Origin: Octopus sinensis
Lineage: Eukaryota
Assembly (NCBI RefSeq): GCF_006345805.1
Contig: NW_021832234.1
Location: forward strand, 1-63,112
Length of the DNA: 63,112 nt
Direction of reading: 5' to 3'
Below are positions 14,070 to 28,151 of the stretch, piece after piece. A program made the position numbers and the translations under genes. How positions within the stretch are numbered: position 1 is the stretch's first letter; each line of letters begins with the position of its first letter. The notes under the pieces were generated by a model, which was not told the DNA's origin, ran no database searches, and saw only the letters and a list, made by a program, of their open reading frames with translations.

Positions 14070-14212
14070 GGCGGTTAGTTGGCAGAATCGTTAACACGCC
14101 GGGCGAAATGCTTAGTAGTATTTCGTCAGTCTTTACGTTCTTAGTTCAAAATTCCGCCGAGGTCGACTTTGCCTTTCATCTTTCGGGATCGGTAAATTAA
14201 GTACCAGTTGCG
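14070..14212 (+). mobile_element. SINE family 1, 3'-truncated at a Penelope fragment
   Basis: Head and core up to AAGTACCAGTTGCG; a second short head lies at ~14038 and a partial copy at ~13880-14010. Confidence 0.75.
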
Positions 14213-14965
14213 TAAGAAGATTTTAGTCGCTGTGTGGTTCTCCGTTTAAGTGATATACTTGTCAGTCCTATATAGTTGTGTACAAGTGAAGTTGGTCTTA
14301 GGTGTGAACTCTCTTTGTTTGAATTGGAATTCCAATCCTTCCAATAGGTTGGGGCATGTTCCAAACTTTGGATGTCAGCATTTTTAATCATTGGTTTCGT
14401 GATTGTTGTGTATAACTTTGCATTTGTCAGTAGTCTTTTCAGCGATTTGGCTAGCTTTTTACATTTATGCTTTAAGAATGTAGTTCATTTTTGGATCCCT
14501 CGTGAACATTGGTTGATTTTGTACAATGATGTTGTATGCCTCATCGTTTCTAGAGTTGTAAGTCGATATATACGGTAGTATTTTGAGATGAGGTGTGGTG
14601 TCGTTTTGTTTCCTTTAGTGTTTTAATGCCTATTTTCTTAGCACGTTTTCTTAGCACTATCCAACCACATCTATAAGTGAGGTTGGATAGTATCTCTCAG
14701 TTAGTGTTGTTCGGGAGTCTTGAAGACGAAGGTCCCGAGTATTTTCATCAGACACTATGGTGCAAATCCTTTTCGCTAAGTTAAAATGAATATTTCTTTT
14801 GATGTGTTTCGGGCAGCATGAACTAAACATAAAATATTGCTTCGAGTCCATTGGTTTATGATGTGTCAGTTACAGTTTGGTTGTTGACTTTTTTTATCTG
14901 AATATCTAAGAAAGGGAGTTGTTGTTCTTTGCTATATTCCATTGTAAACTGAATGTTTGGGTTTA
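14213..14965 (-). mobile_element. Penelope-like element fragment (RT thumb to start of GIY-YIG), degenerate
   Basis: Minus strand: NPNIQFTMEYSKEQQLPFLDI, HKPMDSKQYFMFSSCCPKHIKRNIHFNLAKRICTIVSD, LPYISTYN, YIGLTSISLKRRTT. Homologous to ORF 30692-31205. Confidence 0.8.
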
Positions 14966-15203
14966 TACTATATGACAGGCAAGTATGTCACTTAGATGCA
15001 GAACCACATTGCATGAGGAGCAGATCCATTTCCTAACGTATAGACAGACATCTCTGGGTGAACACATAGAGAGATGTGCAGAAAATCCCCAATCAAATTT
15101 CACAGTTTGCCCCATCTACTAGTGCAAAGAAACAATTACGATACAAGAACGTTTAAATAAAGAAAATATATTTATCGAAAAATACAGAAACGGCAAAATA
15201 TGA
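14966..15203 (+). mobile_element. Penelope-like GIY-YIG C-terminal fragment in opposite orientation
   Basis: MSLRCRTTLHEEQIHFLTYRQTSLGEHIERCAENPQSNFTVCPIY*CKETITIQERLNKENIFIEKY aligns by eye with the C-terminal half of ORF 30692-31205. Confidence 0.75.
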
Positions 15204-16321
15204 AGGCATAACCAACTTTTGTCTCAGTATATACTTTAATTCTTGGTCACATATCCATCACTGTACATATTTCATTTCACTATTTTAGCTCATGAGTTTT
15301 TATGTTTATTTATCCCACCCGAAAAATGAGCAATTGCCAACTCTGCTCCGAATAGTAACTATCACCAATTACCTCGCCTTAAATGTTTCTATTTGTTGAT
15401 TCATTCACAAACTTTGCTACAAGAACAGGGACTAAAATTACAATAATTTCAATGACATGTTTAGCGAAAGCGAAACCGGTCGACAACTACAATGCTCTTC
15501 CATTACTCTTAAAAAATTTGCATTTAAACATTCATTTTGTGGAGGGAAAGAATGAAGTCCATTTTATCTCGAAGTAACTTAGTTGCAACAATTTTAGAGA
15601 AAATGGGTAGAGATCAAAACAGTTGATGAATAAAGTAAGATAAATGATAGTAGCTGTTTCGTTCTGTATCTATATATGTTTTTAAAAATGGTTGTGTGTT
15701 GCAGAATTTGTAGAACCCAGTAGAAAATAAACTCTTGAGACTTAGATACAATGCTTTATGCTCAGAATCAATTTTTACAGGGATCTAAATTGCATTTTAT
15801 ATTTGTGGGGTTGATGAGGTATTAAAGTTGTTATAATTGTATACATTCTCTCTATGAAGCCTCCAAATACTAGGAAAGGATTACCAACTTTAGGAACCTA
15901 GATGGGTTAAGTTTGATAAAACAGGCAATAAAAATAATATAGTGAAAGAACACCAAATGCAGGAACGAACTTGCAGAGCTAATCAACCTAGGCTAAAGTA
16001 CACAAACCTGGGGGTCTAAAAACCAAATGTATACAAAACTCAGAGATTAAGTGGGTTGTATGAATTTTGTTAGAGACGTACTAATACTTCACGTTGAGAG
16101 GTGGTGAACACCAAGCCATTAAAGTGTAGCTGGAGTCAAACAAGATTTGATCATATTTACTTAATCGAACTGACAAAATTGTGAAATTGTAAAGTAGGTT
16201 AAGTAGGTGTATTTAAACTATCTTAAAGATTCCAAGTGCATTTTCAACTTGTGTCCTTTTCTTTATACGTCTACAAGTGTGAAAATACAGGGGGGAGAGG
16301 GAGCTAGACAGACAGACAGTC

Positions 16322-16421
<100 letters not shown>

Positions 16422-17324
16422 TGGTAGGTAGATAGACGCATCTGTGTTTATGTGTTAAATTAATAAAAGACAATATTTCTGTATGACCTTAAACAATGAA
16501 GCCGTGTGGAAAAAGAGTATAGTAACAAGGTAAATTAATTAATTTAATTATTCACTCATATTTCCCTCAATTCAAATATCAACAGTACCAGTAATCTTTG
16601 GCGATTGATTTAATTGACTCACTAACATCACCTACTTACGATTTTCCAAGTAAAAAGCAACTTTATTACTTTACAAATTAATATTCTGTGAGAAATCTAG
16701 TTCTAGTTCATAAGGCTTCATTTTGTTCTTGGAGAAAGAATTGTTTTCAAAATAAGTATTTACGCATGAAGCATGAAAATGCGAACTGTGGAGTTGAAAA
16801 CAAGGACAATAATTGAGTTACTATATCTTCAAACACTGGCAAATCATTATAACTAAATTCATTTTGGCCTTTAATGCAATTTTTCTTAGAAATTTATCAC
16901 CAAAGTTGATGACATATGCCGTGTTCTAGATCCTTTCTACATTAAATAGCTGTTCTTTTGATTTTCTGAATATTTAAAAAGAATTTTTTTTTTTTACATA
17001 TATTCAATTGTTAATTTTCTTATTTGTGAAGTAAATAAGTGAATAAATTACCCTGATTATATTAAGTTGTCACATTTTCTTTATTGAACACTGGACTTCT
17101 AAACACTTGAACATGTAGTACTTTAAGTAATGTAATTCTAGTGTGTGTGTATATATACATATATATATATATACATACATATATGTATATATGTATGTAT
17201 GTATATATATATATGTGTGTGTGTGTGTGTCTGTGTATGTATACATATATATATATGCATACATGCATACATACATACATATATACATACATACACATAT
17301 TTATCTTTTCTTTCATCTTTTACT

Positions 17325-17742
17325 TGCTTCACCACCTTGAAGTGTTTTTAGTCGAACAAATCGACCTCTGGGCTTATATTTTTTAAACTATGGTACTTAT
17401 TCTATAGTCTTTTGCCGAACCGCTAATTTATGGGGAAGTAAACAAACAAACACCAGTTGTTAAGCAGTAGTGAGGGACCAACACAGACGCAAAGCCCCAC
17501 ACATACACACAAGCACACAAACACACATATACACGCACGCAAGCACATACACACACACACACACACGTACACGCACATATATGATTGACTTTTTTCAGTT
17601 TCCGTCTGCCAAATCCACTCACAAGGCCTTGGTCGGCCCGAGGCTATGGTAGAAGAAACTTGCGCGAGGTGCCACGCAGTGGGACTGAACTCGGAACCAT
17701 GTGGTTGGAAAGCAAGCTTCTTACCACACAGCCACGCTTGCG
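17325..17742 (-). mobile_element. SINE family 2 (tRNA-like head, CORE-like CCTTGGGCAAGTGTCTT block, internal microsatellite)
   Basis: Revcomp GGCTGTGTGGTAAGAAGCTTGCTTTCCAACCACATGGTTCCGAGTTCAGTCCCACTGCGTGGCACC. Confidence 0.8.
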
Positions 17743-17744
17743 TC

Positions 17745-17792
<48 letters not shown>

Positions 17793-18271
17793 TGTGTGTG
17801 TGTGTGTGCACATGCAATGATGCATATATGCACATATATAGCTATATATTATATACCTAGAAACATATAACACATAGGAATAAATATTTGTGTTAATGTG
17901 CGTGAGTACTGATTAAGCTAACAATTTAACAATTCTTTGAGGTGGTCATGTGTGGAATTTTTCTTAATGTATTGTGTCATATTATTGAAATAGATAGTTG
18001 CGATCTGAGCAGGTTTGCTGTTTATCAAAGACAAAGTCCCATGTCTAATTATCCTACTTGGTGCATACACGGAGAGAATAAAAAATGAAGTATCTTAAAG
18101 GAGATACTTAGCAAAGTTTTGGCTAGAATTGACATAATACCTTCACCACTGACTTCTGCCCAGTGCTGTGAATGTGAAAGTGAAGAAATTCACTTAATGA
18201 TGTTTCATATAAGTCATTCTTTGGGCACCACTGCCCATTCGAGTAAAGAGTTATGTTTGCAGAGATATAGG

Positions 18272-18655
18272 TGCAGGTATGGCTGCGTGGTAAGAAGCTT
18301 GCTTTCCAGACACATGGCTCCGGGTTCAGACCTACTGCGTGGTACCTTGAACAAATGTCTTCTACTATAGCTTCCGGCCGACCAAAGCCTTGTGAGAGGT
18401 CTTGTTAGACAGAAGCCCATCGCATATATATATATATATATATTATGTGTGTGTGTCTGAGTTTTCCGCCCACTATCACTCGACAACCGATGTTGATATG
18501 TTTACGTCGCCGTAACTTAGCGGTTCGACAAAAGAGACTGATAGAATAAGTACTAGGCTTACAAAGAATAAGTCCTTGTGTCGATTTCTTCGACTAAAAG
18601 TGATGCTCTAGCATGGCCGCATTCAAATGACCGAAGCAAATAAACAAATAAAAGA
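18272..18655 (+). mobile_element. SINE family 2, near full length
   Basis: Head GGCTGCGTGGTAAGAAGC; tail CTAGCATGGCCGCATTCAAATGACCGAAGCAAATAAA. Confidence 0.8.
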
Positions 18656-18851
18656 AAAGAATATAACCAGGTGTGGGTGGTTTATCTGGAATTTGTTGAA
18701 GACATTCGTCCAGGAACCGTTTGAATGTTAGGGGTGCACATCAGTGGGGTATTTCCATATGTAGTTCTCGAAGATACCAAGACAACCATGTTTGTCAGCT
18801 ACACCAACGAACTTGAGAAATATGTGTAAATATTCTACCATAATATTTAGG

Positions 18852-19230
18852 TTTGGGCATGGATGTCTGGTGAGAAGTTTGCTTCTCAGCTCACATGGTT
18901 TCAGGTTCAATCCTACTGCGTGGCACTTTGGGCAAGTGTCTTCTACAATAACCTCGAGTCGACCAAGTCCTTGTGAGTGGATTTGGTAGAGAGAAACTGA
19001 AAGAAATCTATCATGTATATGTGTGGGTGCGTTCGTTTGTGGGGGTGCGTGCGGGCGTTTGTGTCTGTCCCACATCGCTGCTTGACAATCGGTTTGTTTA
19101 CGTCTCCGTAACCCAGTGGTTCGGCAAAAGAAACCGCGAAAATAAATACTAAACTTAAAAAAAGAAAATGCTTTGTTTAACTAAATTTTTCAAGGTGATG
19201 CAAGCAGCATGACTGCAATTCAGTGACTGG
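18852..19230 (+). mobile_element. SINE family 2
   Basis: Same head, core and tail blocks, more diverged. Confidence 0.75.
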
Positions 19231-19869
19231 TTCAAGTAAAAGATAATAGTTTATGCTCTGAGAAAGTGGAACAATGCAAAGTGAAAGAAATATCAAAGAA
19301 ACTATATTCGATGCTTTGGGCTTTATCATCAGGTCACACCCGATTGAGCAGACCTAAGATTTAAGATGTTCTAGCTATAACTATCCCATGATTTACAAGT
19401 GATGTGAATCAACCCTACATTACTATCTTTAAAATGATAGTGTGTAATATGACATTTGGAGTGTTGTCTAAAAAACTTCATCGTTAGTACGAGATATTAA
19501 AGTGATCTATAGACATGATTAAGGTATTATCCCAAGATCCATTTAGTGAATCGGCTAATATATAGTCAAGGAAAATAAATACATACTAGGAGCAAGGAAT
19601 CATAAAATTCAACGAAGCAAAACTGGATGAAATGTCCAGAGTCATTTTAAATACAAGCTTTCAAAAGTTACAGATTTTAGAGGAGTTGTTCATTTGCGAG
19701 GATCCACCGTCCGTAAATAAGATCTTACAATTCGTGAAGATTATAAAATAGTTTAACAATAAAAACATCTAGTAGTTTACTTATGTGTACTTTTCCCCAC
19801 TTTCACTTTTTGTTTCTTTTTGTTGTAACAGACATGTAGGGACAGACATACATGCATATATACGTGTAC

Positions 19870-19910
<41 letters not shown>

Positions 19911-20243
19911 AATATGTGTGAGAGAGAGAGTTTTGTAATTTGGTAGAATTTGCAATGCATATAAATGAAATGAATGTTTAAAAAGCCATTGAGCAATGTA
20001 GGTGGTCACAATTTAGAGGAAATTTGCAATGTAGTATCAATAAATGAAAACAAAGAGAAAGGGTATGATATTAACTTACATCGGCTGTTTAATGATCCTA
20101 TAATATTTCGGGTAAAATGCACCTTTACAAATAGAAGAAAGAACATATCCTGATTTCGGGAAGAATTTGTTGTTACTGGTAGACCATTTTGGTACATAAC
20201 TCCAGTTGTATTTTATATCTTTGTTATATACCTGTCACAAAAC

Positions 20244-20625
20244 GGCGAGCTGACAGAATCGTTAGCGCGCCGAGCGAAATGCTGAGCGGTATTTCGTCTG
20301 CCGCTACGTTCTGAGTTCAAATTCCGCCGAGGTCGACTATGCCTTTCATCCTTTCGGGGTCGATTAATTAAGTGCCAGTCACGCACTGAGGTCGATATAA
20401 TCGACTTAATCCGTTTGTCTGTCCTTGTTTGTCATCTCTGTGTTTAGCCCCTTGTGGGTAGTAAAGAAATAGGTATTTCGTCTGTCGCTACGTTCTGGGT
20501 TCAAATTCCGCCGAGGTCGACTTTCTCTTTCATCCTTTTGGAGCCGATAAATTAAGTACCAGTCAAGTACTGGAGTCGACGTGATCGCTAGTTCCCCCTC
20601 CCCACAAAAATCCAGGCATCGTATA
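20244..20625 (+). mobile_element. SINE family 1 dimer (tail B then tail A)
   Basis: Headless second unit starts at 20473 after AAAGAAATAG. Confidence 0.85.
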
Positions 20626-21691
20626 CCTATTGCTGATTGCTTTACCTTAGCAATTTTACTCGGACATTAAAATTGATCAAATAAAATTAGTATTGAAGAT
20701 GTATGTAACTCCGAAGTTCTCACTTAAGAATATCGAAAGTAATTGCTTACAGATCTCCAAAAAGAACTGTTCTGGTATATATGCTATTGGGCAACAAAAT
20801 GCATGGCATATATTCATTTAAGTGCCTTTTATTTTGAATTCAAATCAAGAAAGGGTTTACTTAATCTTTAAACATTTTTACTGTCACGGTTGGAACGCTT
20901 TTGATCATAGCTATGCATGACCAGTGCTGGCATGGGTCAAAACAGCAAAAACAAGGACAATAAAACAAACAAAAACATTAAAAGTAACTATAAAGAACTA
21001 ACGAAACACTAATAGCCGACAGCGTCAAGAATTTCAATAAAACTATGCAGACGATAATAATGCTAAGGTTTGAAAGATTATTTACGACCGGCCATGACCC
21101 CCAACTCCGCACATGCTGCCCAACAATTAACCCAACACTCTACAGTGGTTTGTCATTTGATAAGATTTATAAAAGGCCATAAAAATAACCCTCGTTTTTA
21201 TGGAAGATTTTTCTGTTTCCACAAATATTTTTTTCTTTCAATAGATACGTATTTTACCATTTATATTTTACCGTATGTGTTTTACCATTTAGCTTTAGTA
21301 TTTTTTTTTTGCGTGTATGTATTTTCCTAATCACCAGACATCAGGCTTAATGAACGTAATTAGTTTATCAACCCAGTTATGTTCATAAATTTTCTGTTCA
21401 ATTAGAATCGTAAACTGGGAAATGACTGTTAAAAAGACTTTAGGATATTGTTTGCATATGTTTACAGTCAGTTTTCGTTTCTACATTCTTTATCGCAATA
21501 TATTATACATGCATAAAGACACACACATATATACATATGGACATATATATATATATATATATGTGTGTGTATGTAAAAGATCGATGGATAGATAGACATT
21601 TAACGGATCATTACATATACATATATACATACGTACATAAGTATACGCACACGCACACATACATACATATATATATGTGTATATATATATA

Positions 21692-21729
<38 letters not shown>

Positions 21730-21755
21730 ATATATATATATATATATATAATATA

Positions 21756-21787
<32 letters not shown>

Positions 21788-21899
21788 GCCCTTTAGCTAG
21801 TTTTTAAAGTATCAATACCACTTTAATTGGTTTGCAAGATTGTTCCAATAAAATTAATCTGAGAGTTAATATAATTATTGCAGCTGGCTGTTTTTGGAA

Positions 21900-21930
21900 T
21901 TCTTATTACCGCAATAATTGTTGTTGATAA

Positions 21931-21986
<56 letters not shown>

Positions 21987-22160
21987 TATTATTAATATTA
22001 TTATTATTGTTGTTGTTGTTGCTGTTGATTATAATAATAATAATGATATTAATAACAATAATAATAATTAAATATTATCTTTATGATAATTAGATGCAGT
22101 AGTTGTGGTGGTAGTTAGTAGCTGTTGTTGTTGTTGTTGTTGTTGTTGTAGCCGCAACAG
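21900..22160. repeat. (ATT)n/(GTT)n triplet tract
   Basis: Direct inspection. Confidence 0.9.
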
Positions 22161-22798
22161 AACATTCATCATTGCTTCAATTATGAAACCATATACAGTA
22201 GTGGCATTAGGCCTTACTGTAGGGCAAAAATCTACAGCTAACAAAATAAATTCTTAATTACTAATATAAATACTAGACACTAGTTGACTTGCTTTCTAGT
22301 ACAAGAGAGATATTTAATTGAATTCAAAATCAACAATGTCCAGTGACAACAAATATAGGTAATTATAATGTTATAATGAAAATGAAGTAATTAATTTCTT
22401 TTTTTTTTTAATGTACACAAGCTAAGAGTTCATGGACGTCATACTTTGTACAATGTAACATTTATGTTTTCGTCTTCAGTTCATTTTCAATTTCATTGAA
22501 TGTTGTCGGCGGAAGAATTGAAGAATTCACTTGCTCTGAACTTAATCACTTCAGTCTGGCCTTACCATATAAGTGCGTGCATTTGTATATATTGCTGAGA
22601 ATCGCGGGCGAGCTTTATAAAGTAAACTCTAAAGTTAAAATCCAAATGAAATTAATCATATATATGTGTGTCTGTGTGTAACTAAATATATATCTGTATA
22701 CATATACCATATGTTTGTGCCTGCGTTTGTGAATTTATAAATATGTACTTACATGTGTGTATATATACGTATAAATATACACATGTATAAGTTTGTAG

Positions 22799-22933
<135 letters not shown>

Positions 22934-24639
22934 TTTTCTGTCTACTGCAATACTACAAGTGTAAGCATTTATAAGCATGCGAGATACATACTTCTTGCCA
23001 TAAACTTCAAGTTCCTTTGTGTAGTTACAACTGTCTTCTATTTATGAACTTATCATTAATTATCATTAATGCATGCCTACAATTGCTTTTCTTTAACAGG
23101 TCTCTTTTTGATTGGTCACTCCATTTTCTTTTATAAAGGAAGGAAGAATCTATTTCATTCTTTATTTCTTTCTTAAAAAATAAAAGGAAAAAAAATGAAT
23201 AATTATCGTATTTAAACAATTTCAGATTGAGCTCGTAGTAAGTATGATAATATAATTCCAATTAGATTTACATATTTCGATCTTAATTGATCTCTTCAGT
23301 CTCATATTGAGTTTGTTTTACTTTTAAATTTATTTATCTATGGAGATTGGATAAATTATTTTTCAATTCGAAACGCAGGAAGAGAGAAGGATAGATACTT
23401 TAACGAATTTCTGAATTTTTATAATTTCTGAAAGTCAGATAAATGCACAAACATACATACATATAAAGATATATATATATATATATATATATCTACATGA
23501 GTGTGTAATTATGTATGTGTGTGTGTGTGTGTCTTGTGTGTATACAGAGAGAGGAAGAGCAGCATGAGCATCAAGCAATAATGAAGAGTAAGCGAACTTT
23601 AGCTTATGTTACAATCATATTTTAACTTCTAAAGGCAAATTCACTGCAGTTGCTGTGGAGCTAAATATTCTGTTTTATAGTAAAAGGTATAAAATCACCA
23701 CTTCTGCCCATGCTTTCCTCTAGCGGATTTCCAAATGTGCGTTTCTGGCTCTTTAGCCTTCCTCAATGGGGAATACCGAAGTGAGATAACCCTGAGCAGA
23801 TTCAAAGCCGTAGCTTTATCTAAAAACAATCAACATCAGTGATTATGTTACAATACCGGTAATACATTTCCCAGAATTCTTTGATTATTTTCTTTTCTGC
23901 TATTTTCTGGTATTTCAAAGGGTGTATCTTTCACGAAATATTATAAGATGATTTGAGAAACCATAATACAATAACCTTTACACTTTGTTTTCATTTACGG
24001 CCACCACTTTAGATACAATGTATCTAAATTCTAATCGACATTACTCAAAGGTTTTTTTAAACATTTCTTTCATTTACACATACTGCAAATTTTTGAAGCA
24101 TATTGCAACACCTCTCTTTTCTCTCTATTTATTTATCTATCTTCATCTCTCCCTCACTCACTCTCTTGCTCGCTTTTTTTCTCTATAAATATGAATATAT
24201 GCATATTTTATTACATTGTATGTGTGTGTTTGTGGGGAGAGGGAAACTCATAAGGCTATGATGTTGATGGGTTCATTCATTTTCTTTTTTTCCTACTAGA
24301 GTTAGTCATGGGTCTTTTCTGATTATCACTTAAATTCAAATGACCCGGTAGAATCTTTCTTCTATCTTGAAGCTTTTTCTCTTATTTCTTCTTGCAGCCT
24401 ACTTGATGCCTTCAAACATATTAAGCCAGAGAACAATTGGTTCTTCTTAGCGTTTTATCTCATTCAGTTTCAACTGTGTTACAGTCAATGTAAAAAATCT
24501 ATGATTCTGTAATTTTCATAAACTAATATCAGGGCATTCTTTACTTTTACAAGCCAAACTTTGATTGGCTCTCCCATTAGTTTATTCTTTATAAAACAAA
24601 AACCATCATTCTCTTTCATAATTACTTATTTCGTAGTAA

Positions 24640-25070
24640 TATTGGTTTCAGATTTTAACACAAGGCGAGCAATTTCGGAGGAGTGGGTAAGCCGTTTACA
24701 TCAACCCCAGTGCTCAACTAACTTGTACTTATTTTATCGATCCCTGCAGCATTTGAACTCAAACGTAAGGTCTGGAGAAATGCTGCTAAGCATTTTGTTT
24801 GGCGCAGTAACGATTGTGCCAGCTCGCCTCCTTTTTGTGTAATAATAGCGGATTCAAATTTTGACACAAGGCCGGCAATTTTTGAGGCGGAGGTAAGTCG
24901 ATTACATCGATCCCAGTGCTCAAATGATACATATTTTTTCGACCCCGAAAGGATAAAACACAAACTCGACCTCGTCGAAATTTGAATTCAGAACATAAAG
25001 ACAGACAAAATTACTTTAAGCATTTTGCCCGGCGCGCTAACGATTCTGCCATCGCGCCGCATTTATTTCG
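24640..25070 (-). mobile_element. Two adjacent degenerate SINE family 1 copies
   Basis: TTTGAACTCAAACGT (24.76 kb) and TTTGAATTCAGAAC (24.98 kb) B-box complements, each followed by GCGCAGTAACGATTG / GCGCTAACGATTCTGCC. Confidence 0.7.
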
Positions 25071-25239
25071 CAGTAATATTAACATCATTAAAGAAGCTTG
25101 CTCAATTAATTTTGTATTTGTTTTATAGAAATTATGGTAATTATGAAACTACGATGTTACCCATCATATGACAAATAACTGTAGAAGTATATTTTTGCTA
25201 CCATGGGTGATATCAGGAAATATGACAGATATCTACACT

Positions 25240-25600
25240 TTACTCTTTTACTTGTTTCAGTCATTTGAATGTGGCCATGCTGGAGCACCGCCTTTAGTCG
25301 AGCAAATCGACACCAGGCCTTATTCTTTGGAAGTCTAGTACTTTTGCCGGACGTAAACACACCAGCAGGACGTAAACACACCAGCATCGCTTGTCAAGCG
25401 ATGTTGGGGGGACAAACACAGACACACAAACATATATACGACGGGCTTCCTTCAGTTTCCGTCTACCAAATCCACTCACAAGGCTTTGGTCGGCCCGAGG
25501 CTATAGTAGAAGACACTTGCCCAAGGTTCCACGCAGTGGGACTGAACCCGGAACCATGTGGTTCGTATGCAAGCTACTTTCCACACAGCCACTCCTACGC
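25240..25600 (-). mobile_element. SINE family 2, well preserved
   Basis: Tail TTTACTTGTTTCAGTCATTTGAATGTGGCCATGCTGGAG through head TTTCCACACAGCCAC. Confidence 0.85.
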
Positions 25601-25749
25601 CTACAATAATTATGATTAACCTTTTGCCATATTCCTCTGTGTCTTTACAAAATGATAACAAATTTTCAAAAGAATAATATTTATTACTTTAAAATTAAAT
25701 AAGACAAATTTCTTATTTGGTTATTTGCAATAGATATATGTGTCAATGT

Positions 25750-25990
25750 GGAGGCGCGTGGTTGAGTGGTTATGGTGTCAGCATCATGATCGTAAGATTA
25801 TGGTTTCGATTCCTGGACCGGGCGACGTGTTGTGTTCTTGAACAAAACACTTCATTTCACGTTGCTCCAGTCCTCTCAGCTGGCAAAATGAGTAACGCTG
25901 CGATGGACTGGCGTCCCATCCAGCTGAGGAACACATACGCCACAGAAACCGGGACCATGAGCCTGGCTAGGCTTTAAAAAGGCGCATTTA
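25750..25990 (+). mobile_element. SINE family 3 (tRNA-like head, Meta-like and V-like blocks)
   Basis: GGCGCGTGGTTGAGTGG A-box, GGTTTCGATTCC B-box, TGTGTTCTTGAACAAAACACTT, GATGGACTGGCGTCCCATCCAG. The domain names are from recall and need alignment. Confidence 0.75.
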
Positions 25991-26136
25991 TTACTTTTTT
26001 ATGTATGTCTGTCAATATTTTTATAAATTTTATTACCATAATCGCTATTATTTCCATTGAAAACCTATATCAGCAAAATTTCATGAAAAGTATAAAGTTT
26101 TAAAAATTATGTCTTTTATCCTGCATCTCTTGTGTT

Positions 26137-26177
<41 letters not shown>

Positions 26178-26244
26178 GTAAAGCGTGACTGGAGAAAACA
26201 ACCAACCGACATTTATATCAATCATTATTATACAGAGATTAAGA

Positions 26245-26636
26245 CGGCAAGCTGGCAGAAACGTTAGCATGCCGAGCGAAATGCTGAGCGGTATTTCGTC
26301 TGCCGTTACGTTCTGAGTTCAAATTCCGCCGAGGTCGACTATGCCTCTCATCCTTTCGGGGTCGATAAAATAAGTACCAGTTACGCACTGGAGTCGATAT
26401 AATCGACTTAATTCGTTTGTCTGTCCTTGTTTGTCCTCTCTGTATTTAGCTCCTTGCGGGTAATAAAGAAATAGGTATTTTGTATGTTACTACGCTCTGA
26501 GTTCAAATTCCGCCGAGGTCGACTTTGCATTTCATCCTTTCAGAGTCGATGAAATAAGTACCAGTTGAGTGCTGGGATTGATTTAATCGACTATCCCCTT
26601 CCCAAAATTTCTACCCTTGTACCTATAGTATTATCT
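26245..26636 (+). mobile_element. SINE family 1 dimer (tail B then tail A) with probable TSD
   Basis: Second unit at 26475; TACAGAGATTAA (26231) / TACAGAGATAAA (26637) flank the dimer. Confidence 0.85.
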
Positions 26637-27284
26637 TACAGAGATAAATATGACATCGATCAACATTACTTCAACTGGAATATACTTATTATCATTATTA
26701 TTACGAAATAATAAAACTTGAAATATATTCTTTCCTTCACAAAAGACGAACAGACACCAATAAACGATGCCTTCAAATGTAAACGATTCCTCGCTATCAG
26801 TTAATAAGTGTCAACAATAGGTTTTAAAATTAATGAAAGTGGTTTATGAAGCTCATATTTTTCATCTGTTCAGAAAAGGAAGTTCGTCGGAGAGTATATT
26901 CAGTTTACAGAAAGTATTTCGTTTTTAGCCTTTTCATCTTATTGTCAGACAATCTTTATAAGTTCTTTAAAGGAAATTGAATATTTCCTTCCATGTCCCC
27001 AACACACTTCATAAATGTATACCTTTGTTTTTCCATATGCCTTTATTTTCCCTTCTCTCCCTGTTTTCCTCTTTGCCATTATCTATGTTTTAATTTTTCC
27101 CTATCTTTTTCTTGTTTCATTTTAATTTAGAATGCAGCTAACTTGAATATATGCCTCAAAAATAACATCATGAAAACTTGAATAGCTATTGCTATATACT
27201 GATGAAGCACATACATACAGAAACAGCCTGTTTATAGATATCGATATAAAAAAATATGAAATAGCAAATAAATTAAAATTTAAT

Positions 27285-27612
27285 TTATCTTTTATCTTCA
27301 GTTTGCGGCCATGCTGGGGCACCGCCTTGAAAAATTTCAGTCGAACAAATTGACCCAGTACTTATTATTTTTTATAAAACTGGTACTTACTCTATCAGTC
27401 TCTTTTGCCGAACCGCTAAGTTGTCAAGCGATGATGAGGGACAAACACAGATACACGTACACATATATAAGACGGGCTTCTTCCAGTTTCCGACTACCAA
27501 ATCCACTCACAAATCTTTGGTCAACCCGAATAGTAAAAGTCACTTGCCACACAGTGGAACTGAACGCAGAAGCATGTTGTTGGGAAGCAAGCTTCTTACC
27601 ACACAGCTATGA
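27285..27612 (-). mobile_element. SINE family 2
   Basis: GCGGCCATGCTGGGGCACC tail complement to AAGCTTCTTACCACACAGC head complement. Confidence 0.8.
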
Positions 27613-28151
27613 AAATAAAATGGAATATTTTTCATTTCGTCAATCATTTTGCTCCTTACAAGAAACTGGATACCTAATTAATTAACATACTGCTTTTATG
27701 AGAAATGAAAATGTAACGGGCTCTATAATAATTAAGCTATATTGAAACTGCATTAAATTGGCTATGATATGTGAGATATGGATACATACTATCATAAATT
27801 TACTCAATAACATATGGGTGTTTATATCCAACTGAAACTTCAAAAGCACAAAAGCTCTCAAATATTGGTAATACGAAAAAGTAAGTCTTAATACGAAACA
27901 GTTTTTATAGCCACTGAATTTCCACAACGTTATGAGTTTATTTCAACTAGAAACAAGTTTTCATCGGGTTTTGGTTGCGATATACTTTCTAAAAAAACTT
28001 TGTTATTCATTCTTATATCATTTTCGTTCACTTTGAGTAAAAAAAATAGCATTTGGTGCTATCAGGCATGATTTGAAGTCATACTCGAGATAAGCTGAAG
28101 GAAAAGAACTGCTGGTTATACGCAGCCATCTCATGCATATTGGTAAGTTTT

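Noticed and set aside
19300-19345. CTGATGA...GAA on the minus strand as a hammerhead
   Set aside because: Helices I and II do not close and GAAA is not intact.
25750-25830. tRNA-like sequences with A and B boxes (many sites)
   Set aside because: All run into SINE cores and lack a complete cloverleaf, so no tRNA gene was called.
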